Positions 13,606 through 25,890 of a DNA stretch of 64,000 nt are shown here, in pieces. Under the pieces are notes generated by a model that worked only from the letters and a program-made list of their open reading frames with translations, made no database searches and was not told the origin of the DNA. Both the position numbers and the translations under genes were made by a program. Source of the stretch: Antedon mediterranea (taxonomy: Eukaryota > Animalia > Echinodermata); contig NC_092671.1 of assembly GCF_964355755.1 (NCBI RefSeq), positions 11,284,001 to 11,348,000 of the forward strand, in the 5' to 3' direction. How positions within the stretch are numbered: the stretch's first letter is position 1; each line of letters starts with the position of its first letter.

Positions 13606-16600
13606 TCACATATAATGAGCAAAAGGCTGTCTACACAATAGATCCATTCCGTGTAAGTTCGACGTCAATCCATTGTTGCAGTTTGGAGATGGAAACGGGG
13701 CGTAACTGGGTGGGTAAGTTGGTATGACTGTGTTGTACCAGGGAGACATGAACGGTGTTCCCCAGAGGCCTTGTCGCTGAGCTATCTTCAGACGAGCTGT
13801 AACTTGTTTTTTCCATTTCGTTCTAGAAGATAAATCATTAATTAATGAAGTGGTGTTTCTCTGTATTTTTAGTCGCGTGGACGCGACTCTATAGTTCACT
13901 ATGTCGGTCGGTCGGTCTGTCGGTCTGTTGGTCTGTCGGTCTATCTGGCTGCTGGCCTTGTTTTTACATACTATAGAATATTCAGTCATTTACGATTAAC
14001 TTGACTTGGAGAAATAAGAATTTATCCAAGTCAGCAAAGCAAAGCTCCTCATTCACCTTTTTCTAAACCTAAAGATGACTATATAGGCCTATAACGCACA
14101 AGGTAAGAGCAGTGAGTTGCTAATTAACATCTTTGATGAGAGTAACTAAGTTTCGACTTTAAATTTGTTTAAATATCGATTTTTTCGAAAATACTTCAGC
14201 GGCCAACATCAAATAAGGCAACCGAAACAACAACATTATTCTCAATGTTTATATGACTATACTCAAAATTGACCTTTCAATCGTTTTAATTATAATCGAA
14301 TTAAACTAATCGGATTGAAAGCAGTACTAAATATAACAATTACAATGTACCTAACATCGAAACAAGCATTTAATGAGAATGTAAAAGGCGTTATTGTGTG
14401 ATAGAAACAGACCGCTAAGAGGAAATCGATATCCAGTAATAATTATAATTAAATAGTAGTAATATTTAAATCTTTAGCAATTAATTAAGATTAGATATTG
14501 ATACTTTATGTGTTGTCGCCGACAATTATTCAATATTTAAAGATCTTTCACAATCATTAACAGAATACTAACATACATTTACTATATAACAGTCAGCAAC
14601 AACAAAAGACAAATCTATACTTGTTAACCTCTGTCATGCCATATATATTTCTTAATGTCATAAGTTGTTTTTGGCAATAAAAGTTATAAACATAGACATT
14701 GTTTCGGATACAAACTGAATTAAAGTGTATTGCCCCCCCCCCCCCCAAATAAAGATTTATAAAATCAGACTTTGAATAGGCCATTTTTATCAAAAACACC
14801 ATTGTCTGACAGATAATTTGACTATTTTTTGCTTTAAATTACAGTTTTTCAGGTAAATAATTTGTTTGCCGATGCAATTTTTGGTCAAAGTGAATAACTA
14901 TTATGTGACTGACATTAAATTGGTATTTATTCAAACAATGTTTTTTTTTCAGAGGGACTATATCTTTAAGTTGAATACATTTGTATTTTTCAAGTTCAGT
15001 AAGTATGTTTTTATTAGTGAAATTGAAACGCCATTTCTTAATTTATTAGGCGGTTTAAATTCAGAAATATTTCAAACAAAAGCAAACTCGAAAAGAAGCC
15101 CATGGGCTTAAACTTCGAAAAGAAGCCCATCTCGAAAAGAAGCCCCCCTCTACAGTTTGCAAAAGTACTCTCGAAAAGAAGCCCATCTCGAAAAGAAGCC
15201 CATCCAAGAGCACTAAAAAACGAAGAAGCCCATGGGCTTCTTTTCGAGGTTTTACGGTATCGCAAGAGCAACGAACCTTACTTGATTTTAATCAATAAGC
15301 TAACACGTTCAATCATAATTATAGATTTCTCTGTTATGATAACAATGATACTCCACAGATAAAGTATAATCGCTTAACAAAATAACTTTATTAGCAAATG
15401 AACCGACTAATTGCTGTTGTTTTTATTGATTTAACTTTTTCCACTCCAGGTATTTGCCCACCTTAATTGCGGTTGGTTATTTTCATTGGGCCTAAGAATC
15501 CAATCGTAATAGGAATAGGTAAAGAAAGACTTTAAAGCTATATGGTGTCTAAAGTAGACTACGAATGATGATGATGAAAATTGTTATGCCAGAATAATGA
15601 TATAAAAAACAATAATTAAAAAAATAATATCTACAACAGTAGTAATGACTACAATTTTTATGTGTTTAAATTTTAAATGTAAATATGTATAATGTTTGTA
15701 TGATGTAGTATGTTTAAGCGGATATTAGCCCTTGATGGCATTTGCAACAATAAATAAATTTAATTGAAGAACCAGAATTCATAATTGGCAAAGTTTATAT
15801 TGAAATAATAATTTTATAAAATTATTATTCGAACGCTTTGTATAAACGATGGCCAGAAAGGTTGCAGACGTGTAGAATAATTCAACAAGAAACATGCAAA
15901 GGCAAACGGCAATATCAATTTCGTACAAAGTAATTTTGTGCTATATTAATATAATATGAAAAAAGTAAATAAAGTACACACCTTCTGTTTTGGAACCATG
16001 TTTTGATTTGCGTTTCTGTGAGATCCAAATTCATTGATAACTCCAATCTCTTACTAACACTGAGATACTTGTCTGTTTTAAACTCTTCTTCAAGTCGTTC
16101 TAATTGTTTCGATGAGTAAGCCTGTCTTGGTTTACGATCAACCCCGGGCTTTCTTGGTCGCCTGCCTAGCTGTTTTTGACCTGAAAATTAAACATTTTTG
16201 ATAACATTTTAGAAGAAGTAGAGAAGTAAAAATGTAGAAGCTCAGAAGAAATTACGAATGTTATAAAGTCTATTGTTTTATCTACAGTATAAACAAAAGA
16301 TTACCTGCAAATGGATGTCGTGTTATGTCAGGTGCGTATAACCATTGCGGCCAGGTATTAATTTCAGAGCTTTTGAATCCACACGGAAAACTACCAGGTG
16401 GGGCGATTGATGGTGGAAACCTTGTAGGCATACCGAGACTTCCTGGTAAGCCCTCGATACAAGCAGTAGGTCGAACCAAAGATATCTCAAGCCCGTCAAC
16501 CTCGGGAAGGTTGTGTTCGTTAAATACTGCCCTTGGTAAGGCACTTCTGCCCTTGTGATTCCAGTCTTTCTCGTTTTTTGCATCACCTTTGGCAGGATTT

Positions 16601-16788
16601 AATGAACCTGCAGATGGTTTCTCCGTGTTTCCGCATACGTTAAGAATTCTATCTATCGAAAATGATGATTCAACATTACTAGACTGTTCAGCCTTTTTTG
16701 ATTGTCTTTTTGGAACGATGTTCATTTCTGTATCTTTGTTTTCGCTATTTGATGTGGTTGCCTCAGTCTTCGATCCAAAACTTTCCAT
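13606..16788 (-). CDS. Nedx: Nedx-family ANTP-class homeobox gene (Drosophila lateral muscles scarcer/lms family); 3 exons, 299 aa
   Basis: Exons 16788-16305, 16180-15982 and 13822-13606 splice in frame. Exon 2 is absent from the ORF track and reads GQKQLGRRPRKPGVDRKPRQAYSSKQLERLEEEFKTDKYLSVSKRLELSMNLDLTETQIKTWFQNRR. Exon 3 continues TKWKKQVTARLKIAQRQGLW. The RKPG-DRKPRQAYS and RLKIAQRQG segments match my recollection of Nedx/lms. Exon 1 has an eh1 motif (FSIDRIL). Confidence 0.9.
13866..13950 (+). mobile_element. Probable Helentron/DINE-1-like non-autonomous element fragment
   Basis: A T-run is followed by the palindrome agtcgcgtggacgcgact and then a (GTCG/GTCT)n microsatellite, the layout described for DINE-1/HINE-type elements. 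Confidence 0.5.
14775..14990. repeat. Dispersed repeat shared, in inverted orientation, with about 36165-36395
   Basis: tttttgctttaaatta..taaataat..aatttttggtcaaagtgaa..gacattaaa is present in both places. The two spurious ORFs over them share FLVKVN(N/K)YY. Confidence 0.7.
15085..15259. mobile_element. Tc1/mariner-type MITE end with subterminal repeats (Nedx intron 2)
   Basis: About six direct copies of tcgaaaagaagccc(at) and one inverted copy, ending ...ggttttacgg|ta, which is a CCGTA-type terminus plus TA. Confidence 0.6.
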
Positions 16789-18349
16789 CTTAACGTAAGT
16801 TGAATATAACTCGTAACTCTTTTTTTTTTACTGTTTAGCAAACTGTCTTAAATTTTAAACACTAGATGACATCTTCAAAGTACCTTATCGTCCGTTTAAG
16901 AAGTTCAATCGAAGAAAATAGACGTATGAATTTAAAAACTCACACGCATACATTCACCATTCTGTGTTCCAAGTGGCTGACGTGTCGGCCCGTGTTGGTC
17001 TTTTTAAGTCTCTCGTACGATCGATAGGTCTTATCATCGTACTAATACACTCAAATCGAATCGCTTTCTTCAACTCTGAAACGCTAATTGTTTTCTAAAA
17101 TCTTGACAAATATTCAACGATGATCTAATTCCAGCCACTGTATCGTTATTCAAGCCATGTAATAACCTCTTATTAATTGATCATTATTTCTATAATTGTA
17201 TACGTTCGTTTACATTTGTTGTTTTTGTTTACTTACCGTACCTTATAACAAGACAACATTTTTGAGAAATATACTATTGTTTTAGGTCTCTGTTAATTAA
17301 ATGTTCTGTTTGATTATCTAAACGTAGGTTCTATTTTTGTTATGTCGTTTTGGTCTAGTATACACATTTCTTTTTATTTTCTAGAATAATGCATAAAATC
17401 GTTGAATTTTGTTGAACATTTATTTATAATTTATAGCTACTAAAACAAAACATTATGCCTTTTAATTTGTCTTAAAACACCTAGTCAATCCATCAAATAA
17501 ACTTCAATTCCTCGTAAGCCTACGCAAACACTTTTAGTCAAGTCCGCGAAGACATGACCGTCGCGTAGACACGCGTTCAAACACTAACGACACCTGGTTA
17601 AACTCGTCAAACGAACAATCTCCATTTATGATTACAATATCGACGAATAGTAAGTATCGGTTTTGTTCTAAATTATTGATTTTGGTGAATATTCGGTAGT
17701 GAAATGGTAAACATAATGTTTGAAATCACTTAAATTAAAATTAGTGTATTTTGGTGTTTTAAATTATCAAACAAGTTCCACATTAAACTTTAAAACCATG
17801 AGATTTTATGTTTATTCAACTAATATCGTCTCGGAATTCTATTTGTTATATGTTAAGTGGAACTGTACTTTGTGGTTAATGTGCTTGCCTTACCAATCGC
17901 AATTGGGCTTATCTTCATCATCATCTTTCTTCATTGTGCATACACCTCATTTCAATATAGTCCGTACATGGGTTGGTAGAATTTTATGCAACTGGGCTTA
18001 CATTTTGTATTCCACACACGTTTCATTTTTTATTTATTTATTTATTTTGGTTGAACATTTTATCTACGTGTTATCCTTCTTTTAGTAAAGATAATTTCAG
18101 ATTTCAACATTTCATCATAAGTTTCATCCTGACCTGTATCACTCCATCCCCAAGTATCAAACGAGACTTACTTTATAAGCACAATATAGAAATGTATCCA
18201 TCATGAATTTTCGAGTTGGATAAAAATAAAGACACATAAGATAATAGAGAACATTATAACACATAAACAGTGAATAGAGTCGAGTGGCAGGAAAGCTGCA
18301 AACCGTACTAGCAATAAATTCGGCACAGGACCAAGCCTATTTTCGATCA

Positions 18350-18510
18350 TGTTCTGGTAATAGAACAAGTCTTCTCGGATAGGTCCAGTGTACATATCCA
18401 TGAATGTGCACTTTAAATAACCCAGCGCATCTTTTAGAAGAGTGTAGGGGGTACCCCGTTTTATCCTAATAGTCCATATGTGGCTGTTGGTGGTCCACAG
18501 AGGACATAAT
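18350..18510 (+). mobile_element. Degraded copy of the same SINE family
   Basis: gaacaagtcttctcgg..taggtccagtgtaca..gtgcactttaaataacccag..agagtgtaggggg aligns to the reverse complement of about 63840-63960. Confidence 0.65.
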
Positions 18511-20949
18511 GCCAATTTCCTCGACTTAAGGATGAACATTTCAAGTATCAAATACAAATATACATAATAGTACGATTTACTATTTTTACTTCAAATCGAA
18601 ATCGTAGTATAGTACCAATAAAGTACGATTAAAGACGAAGGGAAAATTAAATCGATTAAATAATGCAGTATTCGTATTATTTAATTGTATTAATGAATAT
18701 GAATATAATATATATCTCGTAACCACTCAGTTAGTTATCTTATAGTTAACCATAGACGTTTATAAGTGCATTAATGACTTCAATTACAATCTCAACAATT
18801 CCTAATCGAGTCTAATTACACACTCAGGAACATTGATTGTCTGCCAAATATTAATAAACCATGCTCCGGGCGAATTTATTCACCTGATAATTGATTCATG
18901 AGATCGTGTAGTTCCACATGAAATCCATATTTTCCTCAGGCTAGACACGGTGAAGCTGAGATCTCCACTCACTCCTGGAAAGCCTGAATCATTTTGGCGC
19001 TATAATAATGGACCACGGACAGTTTGTGTATTGATTTGTTTTAAGGGTGTTCGGATATATTTCAGAACGATGTATTAATGGTGATTTAGTTTTCTGCTCG
19101 ATTGAAGCATATAATTCGACGATTCGACTTCTAATCGTCGTGTTTGATTTTTAACTCCTTTCTTCCAGATTTATATTTTTCAAAAACAATAAGAAACCTA
19201 TTTTCCGCTTAATAAGCTGCTATAATCATTTAAATACTTAGGAAAATGCTAAAACCGAAAGAGTGCGTTATTATGGTATATTGATGCTACAACAGTTTTT
19301 ACTTTAATTACATTTTTAAGTTTTGTGACGTCATCAATAATTATATAGATTTTCGTTCTACCATACAAAGACTTACTAAATTATATTGCACTATGTCCGT
19401 TGTATAGTCACATAAATGGAAATTTAAATACAATTAACGCGTATTTCTTCCATTTAAATACAGTTTTTGCCAGTTAAAATTAACGCTGTTTTACGAAAAA
19501 CGCGCGTCGGTGTTATATTAGGAAGACATCAAGAAAAAGAATCAATTCTTCACAGGTACCAAATGGATTTCAAATATCTACGATCGGGTTACAAATAATT
19601 ACCTGTTTTTGAAGATAATAAATTGTGTACATAGTGGAGCTAAATTTCCCTTTACTGCCCAACAGTCAATTACTGAAAGCAAATTCTAGCCCCGCTCTTG
19701 GTTAAGTAACGATTTACAGCTAATCAAATGTTGATACATGATCAGATGTACGTTCAATCAGTTAATTTCAAACACACTTTCCAAAGAAATAAGTTTTCCT
19801 TTTTGACAATTTAAAACCTTGTATCGAATGCGTTCTTTAATTAGAGTATATCGTCAATGGAGAAGATGCGGGGACAACTCTTACTAATCAGTGGGAAAAA
19901 GCTGTGTAAATAGGCGTATTGATTTCCAACGTTGTGCTGCTGGTTGGGGACATTGATGACAGAATCAATTGCTGTTATGTCGTTGTTTCGCACACCATTT
20001 TTCAGGAAAAAAAATAAAATTAGGATAAAAAAGAAAGTAATTATAAAACATGTATAACTGAATATGTTTTAAAATTTAGAATGACTTTAATGTACAATCG
20101 ATAAAAACTTCTGTGTTTCTATCCACTCTTCTCTACCCGGGTAATGTGAACGATTGTTAAGCCACGACGAATTTGATAGAATTCATATCATTTCTTTTTA
20201 GTTTTGCTTATCTTATAATTTTTTTGTATTGAAAAAATGATGAATCTTTATTTGAAGTCAAATCGTCAATACGTCAATACCTAATCTTATTAGCCCTTGT
20301 TAACGTAACTACGTTACGTATACACATCCAATCATACGCAAGATGTTTATATACCGTGACGTCATGACAAACAATTGAAGTTTGTTAAAATGTAACACAT
20401 CATACTAGAGGGCAGTGTGCTGTTTACAATGTTAAAACAGAATATTTATCTTCGTGCTGCACTTGAAAAATCCTGCCACACTAACATACGTGCGCCCTCT
20501 TTTATCCGAACTTTTAACGGAACGCTTCGGAACGTTATCTCGGACTATATCACATCATGTCTTTCTATATTCAATTAAAGTATTTGGAGCTTTTATAACC
20601 AAGAGAGTGCATTTTTTGTTGTTGATAGTTTGATACTAGTAATAGGCCTATGAGTAATAATTAGTAAAATAAAACATTCTTGTAATCCAGTCATATTATA
20701 TTTGTGCGTTAATTAAATCGTATCCACATAATCTATATATAAATGCACATAATCGTTATAAAATAACATTCAATTTCCTAATTTACAAATTAAATAATCT
20801 ATAATAACAAATGATATTAATTTTCCCTTTAGATAATGAGCTATGTCTATATTTTAATCTTTTCTAATCCGTAAATAATCCATAGAATATGTGTCATAGA
20901 ACACTTGAAGGATGGGTCTACTATCGTTATTATACACGGTAAACCTCTA

Positions 20950-21167
20950 TGCTTGTTTCCCACTAGCGACGCAAAGTAACGCAATCTACGCAACGAAAGA
21001 AAATGCCTATCCGATAACTGTGTTTGCTACCGCCTGCGTGAAATCGATGCGATGTTTTCAGCACTGATGCGTCGTCGGTTCCCACTTCTTGTGATTGTGC
21101 AATACAGCACTTTGTGTCAATACGTTGTAGCGTTGCGTTACGTTGCGTTTCTAGTGTAAATCACGCT
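20950..21167. mobile_element. PIF/Harbinger-like MITE, family A, copy 2 (inverted relative to copy 1)
   Basis: Its reverse complement aligns by eye along the length of 555-752 (shared tgggaaccgacgacgca and aaagtgctgtattgc). Related degraded fragments are at about 23585-23695 and 4278-4310. Confidence 0.75.
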
Positions 21168-24024
21168 TTATGTTCGCTGTATATCCATCGCAATGCGCTT
21201 GCCGTCGACCATCAATAATTATTAATAATAAATAAATATTTTGATCTCAAATGTATGTGATAATGTAATTATGACATAATTTGATGAATAATCATTATTT
21301 CATCATTAGAAAAAATGTGCAATATAAAAAAAGAAGAAAAAACAGTAACAGATTTATACCCATCATTAGGACAATTTTAAATCGGGACAGCCATAACTAT
21401 TTAAACTATTGTCTTAGTATTGGTGGAAATTAGATCCAAAAAAGATAACAATCAAAAATGTGATATTTGCAAATAGATATAGATACATTACATAACATAC
21501 ACTTAATTAAAGATAATATAAACTTAATTCAGATTCAATCTATTAGCTTAAGTAAGACGATAGCCAAAATGCTATAAAACAGCGCCCCCATAAATTTGTC
21601 TAATAAAACTTTGTTTACTTTAGCTTAATGGAATTTCACAAATAGCGACAACAATTCTCATAATGGCCATTAACAGTAAATTAAAATGATAAGATTTACT
21701 TAAATTCTATTCAGTTAGAACATTAACAAAAGAAATATCGTTGAATCGTAGTGTGTGAATTTCTCGCAGTTAAGGAATAACGTTTATATGAAGTTGTCAT
21801 TAATTCCATTAAAATCCAATAAAATAATGTTCAATTTGCCAAATGTTAATACTGAATGTAAAATAAAAGAGAAATCTATTAGGTTCAAATTAAACTAAAA
21901 GTGTCCCTTGACAAAAGCGTTAAATAGCTAGTTAACAATGCGAGTGCCTAAGGGTAGCTATCATATGGCTGCGAGTTGTTACTGCTATTTACGAACAATG
22001 CATGATTCTAAAGATAAGGGTTTTGAGAACTAATTACCAATTGTTATCACCATCAAATAGTCTTTTCAATGCTTAATGGAGTTAAGATGCGCGTGGCTAC
22101 CCTTCTGCATCGACGTCAGATTAACAAGCGGCCTTCGAGCGTGAAAGAGCGGTCGCCGCGAATGTCTCGACGCATTCGCAAAGTAAAGTAAACGGCCTAG
22201 CCAACAGATGTTGCGTTCATTTTGTTTAGTTTTGTTTAAATGCAATGGTCAGTAGTTCATATAAACCTTATTTCAACGAATCATTTGAAACAACGGCTAT
22301 TATTTAAACAAACGCATCGATTTCTTAAGGCAGTAACATTAGCTTCAGTTTTTCAAAAGTCTTTTCCGCCACTGACAACAGATGTGTCAGACTTAGCGGA
22401 CCTGTCCGTAGCCTTGGACCTCTCATAATTCTCGCCTGTCCGTCATATTTTTCTAATGATTAATACTGAATCAGTCCCTGGTGAATAATTAAGCTAATTA
22501 ATAAGTTTATATATTAAAATTTGATCTATATAGTAAATGTATTTTTATTCTTTGTACATTTATTTATTAAATAAAAATTGATAAATATAGAACACAGCTA
22601 ACCTACATAATTAAATGGTCTTTTTAATTTCTTGACAAGTTTTCATGATTCCGTACTCTTTCAACTCGACACCAGATGGTATCCATACTTTGCACAAAAC
22701 TAAAGGCTACGTATACAGAAGCCTATGTCTGTAAATTTGTCCCGGGCTTTTATTTTGGCGATTTCGGCCTCAAGTATTTTAAAGTTATACCGTACTGAGG
22801 CCTATTCTATTCCTAATGTTTAGTTTTACATACTTCGTCAGTTTCTTCATTCATTACAAATGATGTAAGTACAAAATGTTTTCTTCAAGAAGAGGAAACT
22901 CGCAATAGACCATTCTTACGTTTGTGTGAAAGGAAATGGGAGTTGTTTCGCGAAGTCCATACATACTCCATGTCTACCACTCACATCTAATCAAATAAAG
23001 TCATTATTCCAAGGTATATATCCACGGTCATGAACTATCGGAATCAATCCTCGTGATTTTAATCTGATTATTCAATTTACAAAAGATTTCAAACAAGTAA
23101 ATATTATTTATTATTTCAGATGCATTTTGACATGATTCCCACTGTGTAAGCGGTAATAGTTACACCTTCATTTGGGATCAAACTAGCCGCAGCGCATCAC
23201 GACAATTACTTCGCAGGCAGACGTCCAGAACGCGTCGGTAAACCAATCGCTCCCTATTTTGTAAGAGTACTTTCCAGGCTAAATATACCATTAACGATTG
23301 GTTTTCTTCAAAATTCTTTCATCATTCTAAATGAACGAAAGAATATAATTATGGAGTTTAGTCAAAATTACACTCTGTAAACGCAGAACCTACTTAGGAT
23401 AAATTGATGGCACTGACTAAATTAAACAGGTGTTGGCCTAGATCTACTAGCTGCTGCCATGTGTACATTGTTTAAGTCCTCAGTTTTAAAAAGTCGTTTC
23501 ACAAACTAAATCAAGTTGAAGAAAGTGTCTTTATCTAAGCTCTTAAAGATTTATTTCATTTCAGTATAAATGCAGTACATGTACTTTCCAAACTTGGACG
23601 AAACGCAACGACTTTAAGCGCAACGCAACCAATCTCAAGCGACAACTCACTTGCATTTCTTCTGTCGTTGCGTCCACCAAGAGGGAACCAAGCCATGTCT
23701 AAAACATGTGTTTCCAAAACATCACATTTGTCTGACGGTCAGTATAATTATCCGATTTATCGTAAATTGTTCAATTTGGGTGTACTTTTTAATTTTAACT
23801 AGTGTAATCTTTAAACCTAATAATCATATTAGATATTACTTATTATTTAAGCCCTCCGTTCCCACCCAGGAAATGAAATAGCAGTTCAATTTATGACGAA
23901 TTGAGTGTTTTGCTTGTAAAAAAAGTTGTTAATAATTGAATGACGTGTAGACTTGATAAGGATCAATATCCTGATGAATATTGAAACAAATAAAACTTAT
24001 GTTTAATAGAATCATTTTTCTTAA

Positions 24025-24169
24025 AGCCCTGTTTACACTATCAAACTAGTTTGACCAAAAAAGTGCCCAAATATGGTAGTGATATGCTTCAATATGGTAA
24101 TGATATGACATCATCATGTCCAAATGCACGTCGCATTTTTTTGTCATTTAAAGTTTGATAGTGTAGACA
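24025..24169. mobile_element. MITE family B, copy 2
   Basis: agccctgtttacactatcaaact ... aagtttgatagtgtagac, with the same internal core. Confidence 0.8.
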
Positions 24170-25689
24170 ATATTTGTTCTTATGGGCCTAAGTAAACAAC
24201 TTTATTTATTAAACCAATTCCTGATCCTATGAAAAGGACTTCTTCATCTAACATTTAAGGAAAAACAAATTCGCCTAGGTTAAAAAAAAGTTTATTTTTA
24301 AGTTAAGATGATGTTTTACTAAGCACGATGGATAAATCTGACCATAATAATTCAATTCAAAATAAATTTATATCTCAAAATAAAAACATTGAAATCTTCA
24401 ATAATAATAATAACAACTAAGCTATTGAGAAAAGGCGGTGACTCATTATATATATGCCAATAACTAACATGAATTATGTTGAACCTAATCTATTTACTAA
24501 CATCCATTTTAATAAACTTGCTTAAAATAGTAGTATACAATAGGAATTGAATCAGTTATAATCAGCAACTTTATCGTTTACGCGAAAAGTAGCATTTTAC
24601 TTGATTTAATCTTGTGAACATGACGCAGTCGGAACGGTTATCCGACAGTGTTTTATAACGGCTGGTTAATTTTAAGCACAGTCAAAAGTCATCGGTGGTT
24701 ATAGAGTGCTGAATCTAATAAAGATATCATAGTTAAGTAAACTAATAGATATTGATGTTATGTATGTTACGTATTTATAAAATCTGAAATCTATCCGCAT
24801 TGAGGGGGTGAAATATTAATTTTTGGAATAAGGTTGGTGTTTATAAAATACATACAACGCCTATGAAGCCACACTTTCCTTAAATAACACTAGAATTTAA
24901 TTATAATAAAGGCTATTTTTACGCACACATGTTCGTGTAATCAGGGTATGGTAGTCTTTACAGTAGGTTTAGATTTAGAAATGACAATAGATTTTAAATT
25001 TTAAAATGTGCTGTTAGTGAATAAAGTAGAATTTCCTCATTAATTAATCGATATCATAATCAAAGAAACGTCAAAATATTTTATTATATCATTATTTCAA
25101 GATTTATATTATTGTATGTTAAACATTTAAATATAATGATATACAGAAGTCAAAAGTTAGTATGATATGCAATATATAACTATTATGTATGAAATGAGAA
25201 TATTAAATGTAGATTGGATACCCACAACAAATAATGTATGTTACTGTAGAGAGAACGCCATTTCCTAATTTCAATATGTTCTGAATTTTAGTTTGTAGAA
25301 ACAGTTTTACAATACCTTAAATAGAAAATAAATGCAAGTATGGATCATCGGGACGTGGTAGTGTAATCATACAGGCATATTTGTCATCGAACTTGGGATT
25401 TAATAGCCTTGTGTTCGTTAGCCAAGATTAAATCATCCACTGAATACAATTTGCTAAACCATCTTAAATCCTTCAGGATATTCCAAATGATCCCTAAAGG
25501 TTCAATGTTTTGATACAAATTCACAAATTGCCACAAAGTATCACGATCAGTCGTTACATGAGTGTGTGCATCAACACTTTACCTTTGGAAAATAATTTAA
25601 GGGTTTTTTTTTTTCTATTCATGAGTTGTGATTATTGTTGAAAGGGTACGTAATTAATGAACAAATAATTTCATCTTTATTGGGAAGTA

Positions 25690-25890
25690 TAAATATTATA
25701 TAAACTCGTCATTCAAGGTTGAAGGCGCAAAAATATGGAATAACCTACCAACTGAAATTAAATATTGCTCAACAATTGCATTTTTTCCTGATTTGTTTGT
25801 ATTTAAGACAGAGCCACAATGCAAAACAGGTTTTCTTTTACCTGATTGTGCAATCCTGTATAAAGATGTTGTTAAATAAATAAATCAATA
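25690..25890 (+). mobile_element. 5'-truncated LINE (L2/CR1-group) 3' remnant
   Basis: Translates as SSFKVEGAKIWNNLPTEIKYCSTIAFF, resembling the SF..GAKLWNSLP C-terminus of L2/CR1-group ORF2, followed by an aataaataaa tail. Confidence 0.55.

Noticed and set aside
15038-15362. Overlapping ORFs with repeated SKRSP peptides
   Set aside because: They are translations of MITE subterminal repeats inside Nedx intron 2.
16323-16798. Alternative-frame and antisense ORFs over Nedx exon 1, and similar ones over en, Dlx and HDDC3 exons
   Set aside because: They are shadow ORFs caused by the higher GC of real exons, with no independent support.
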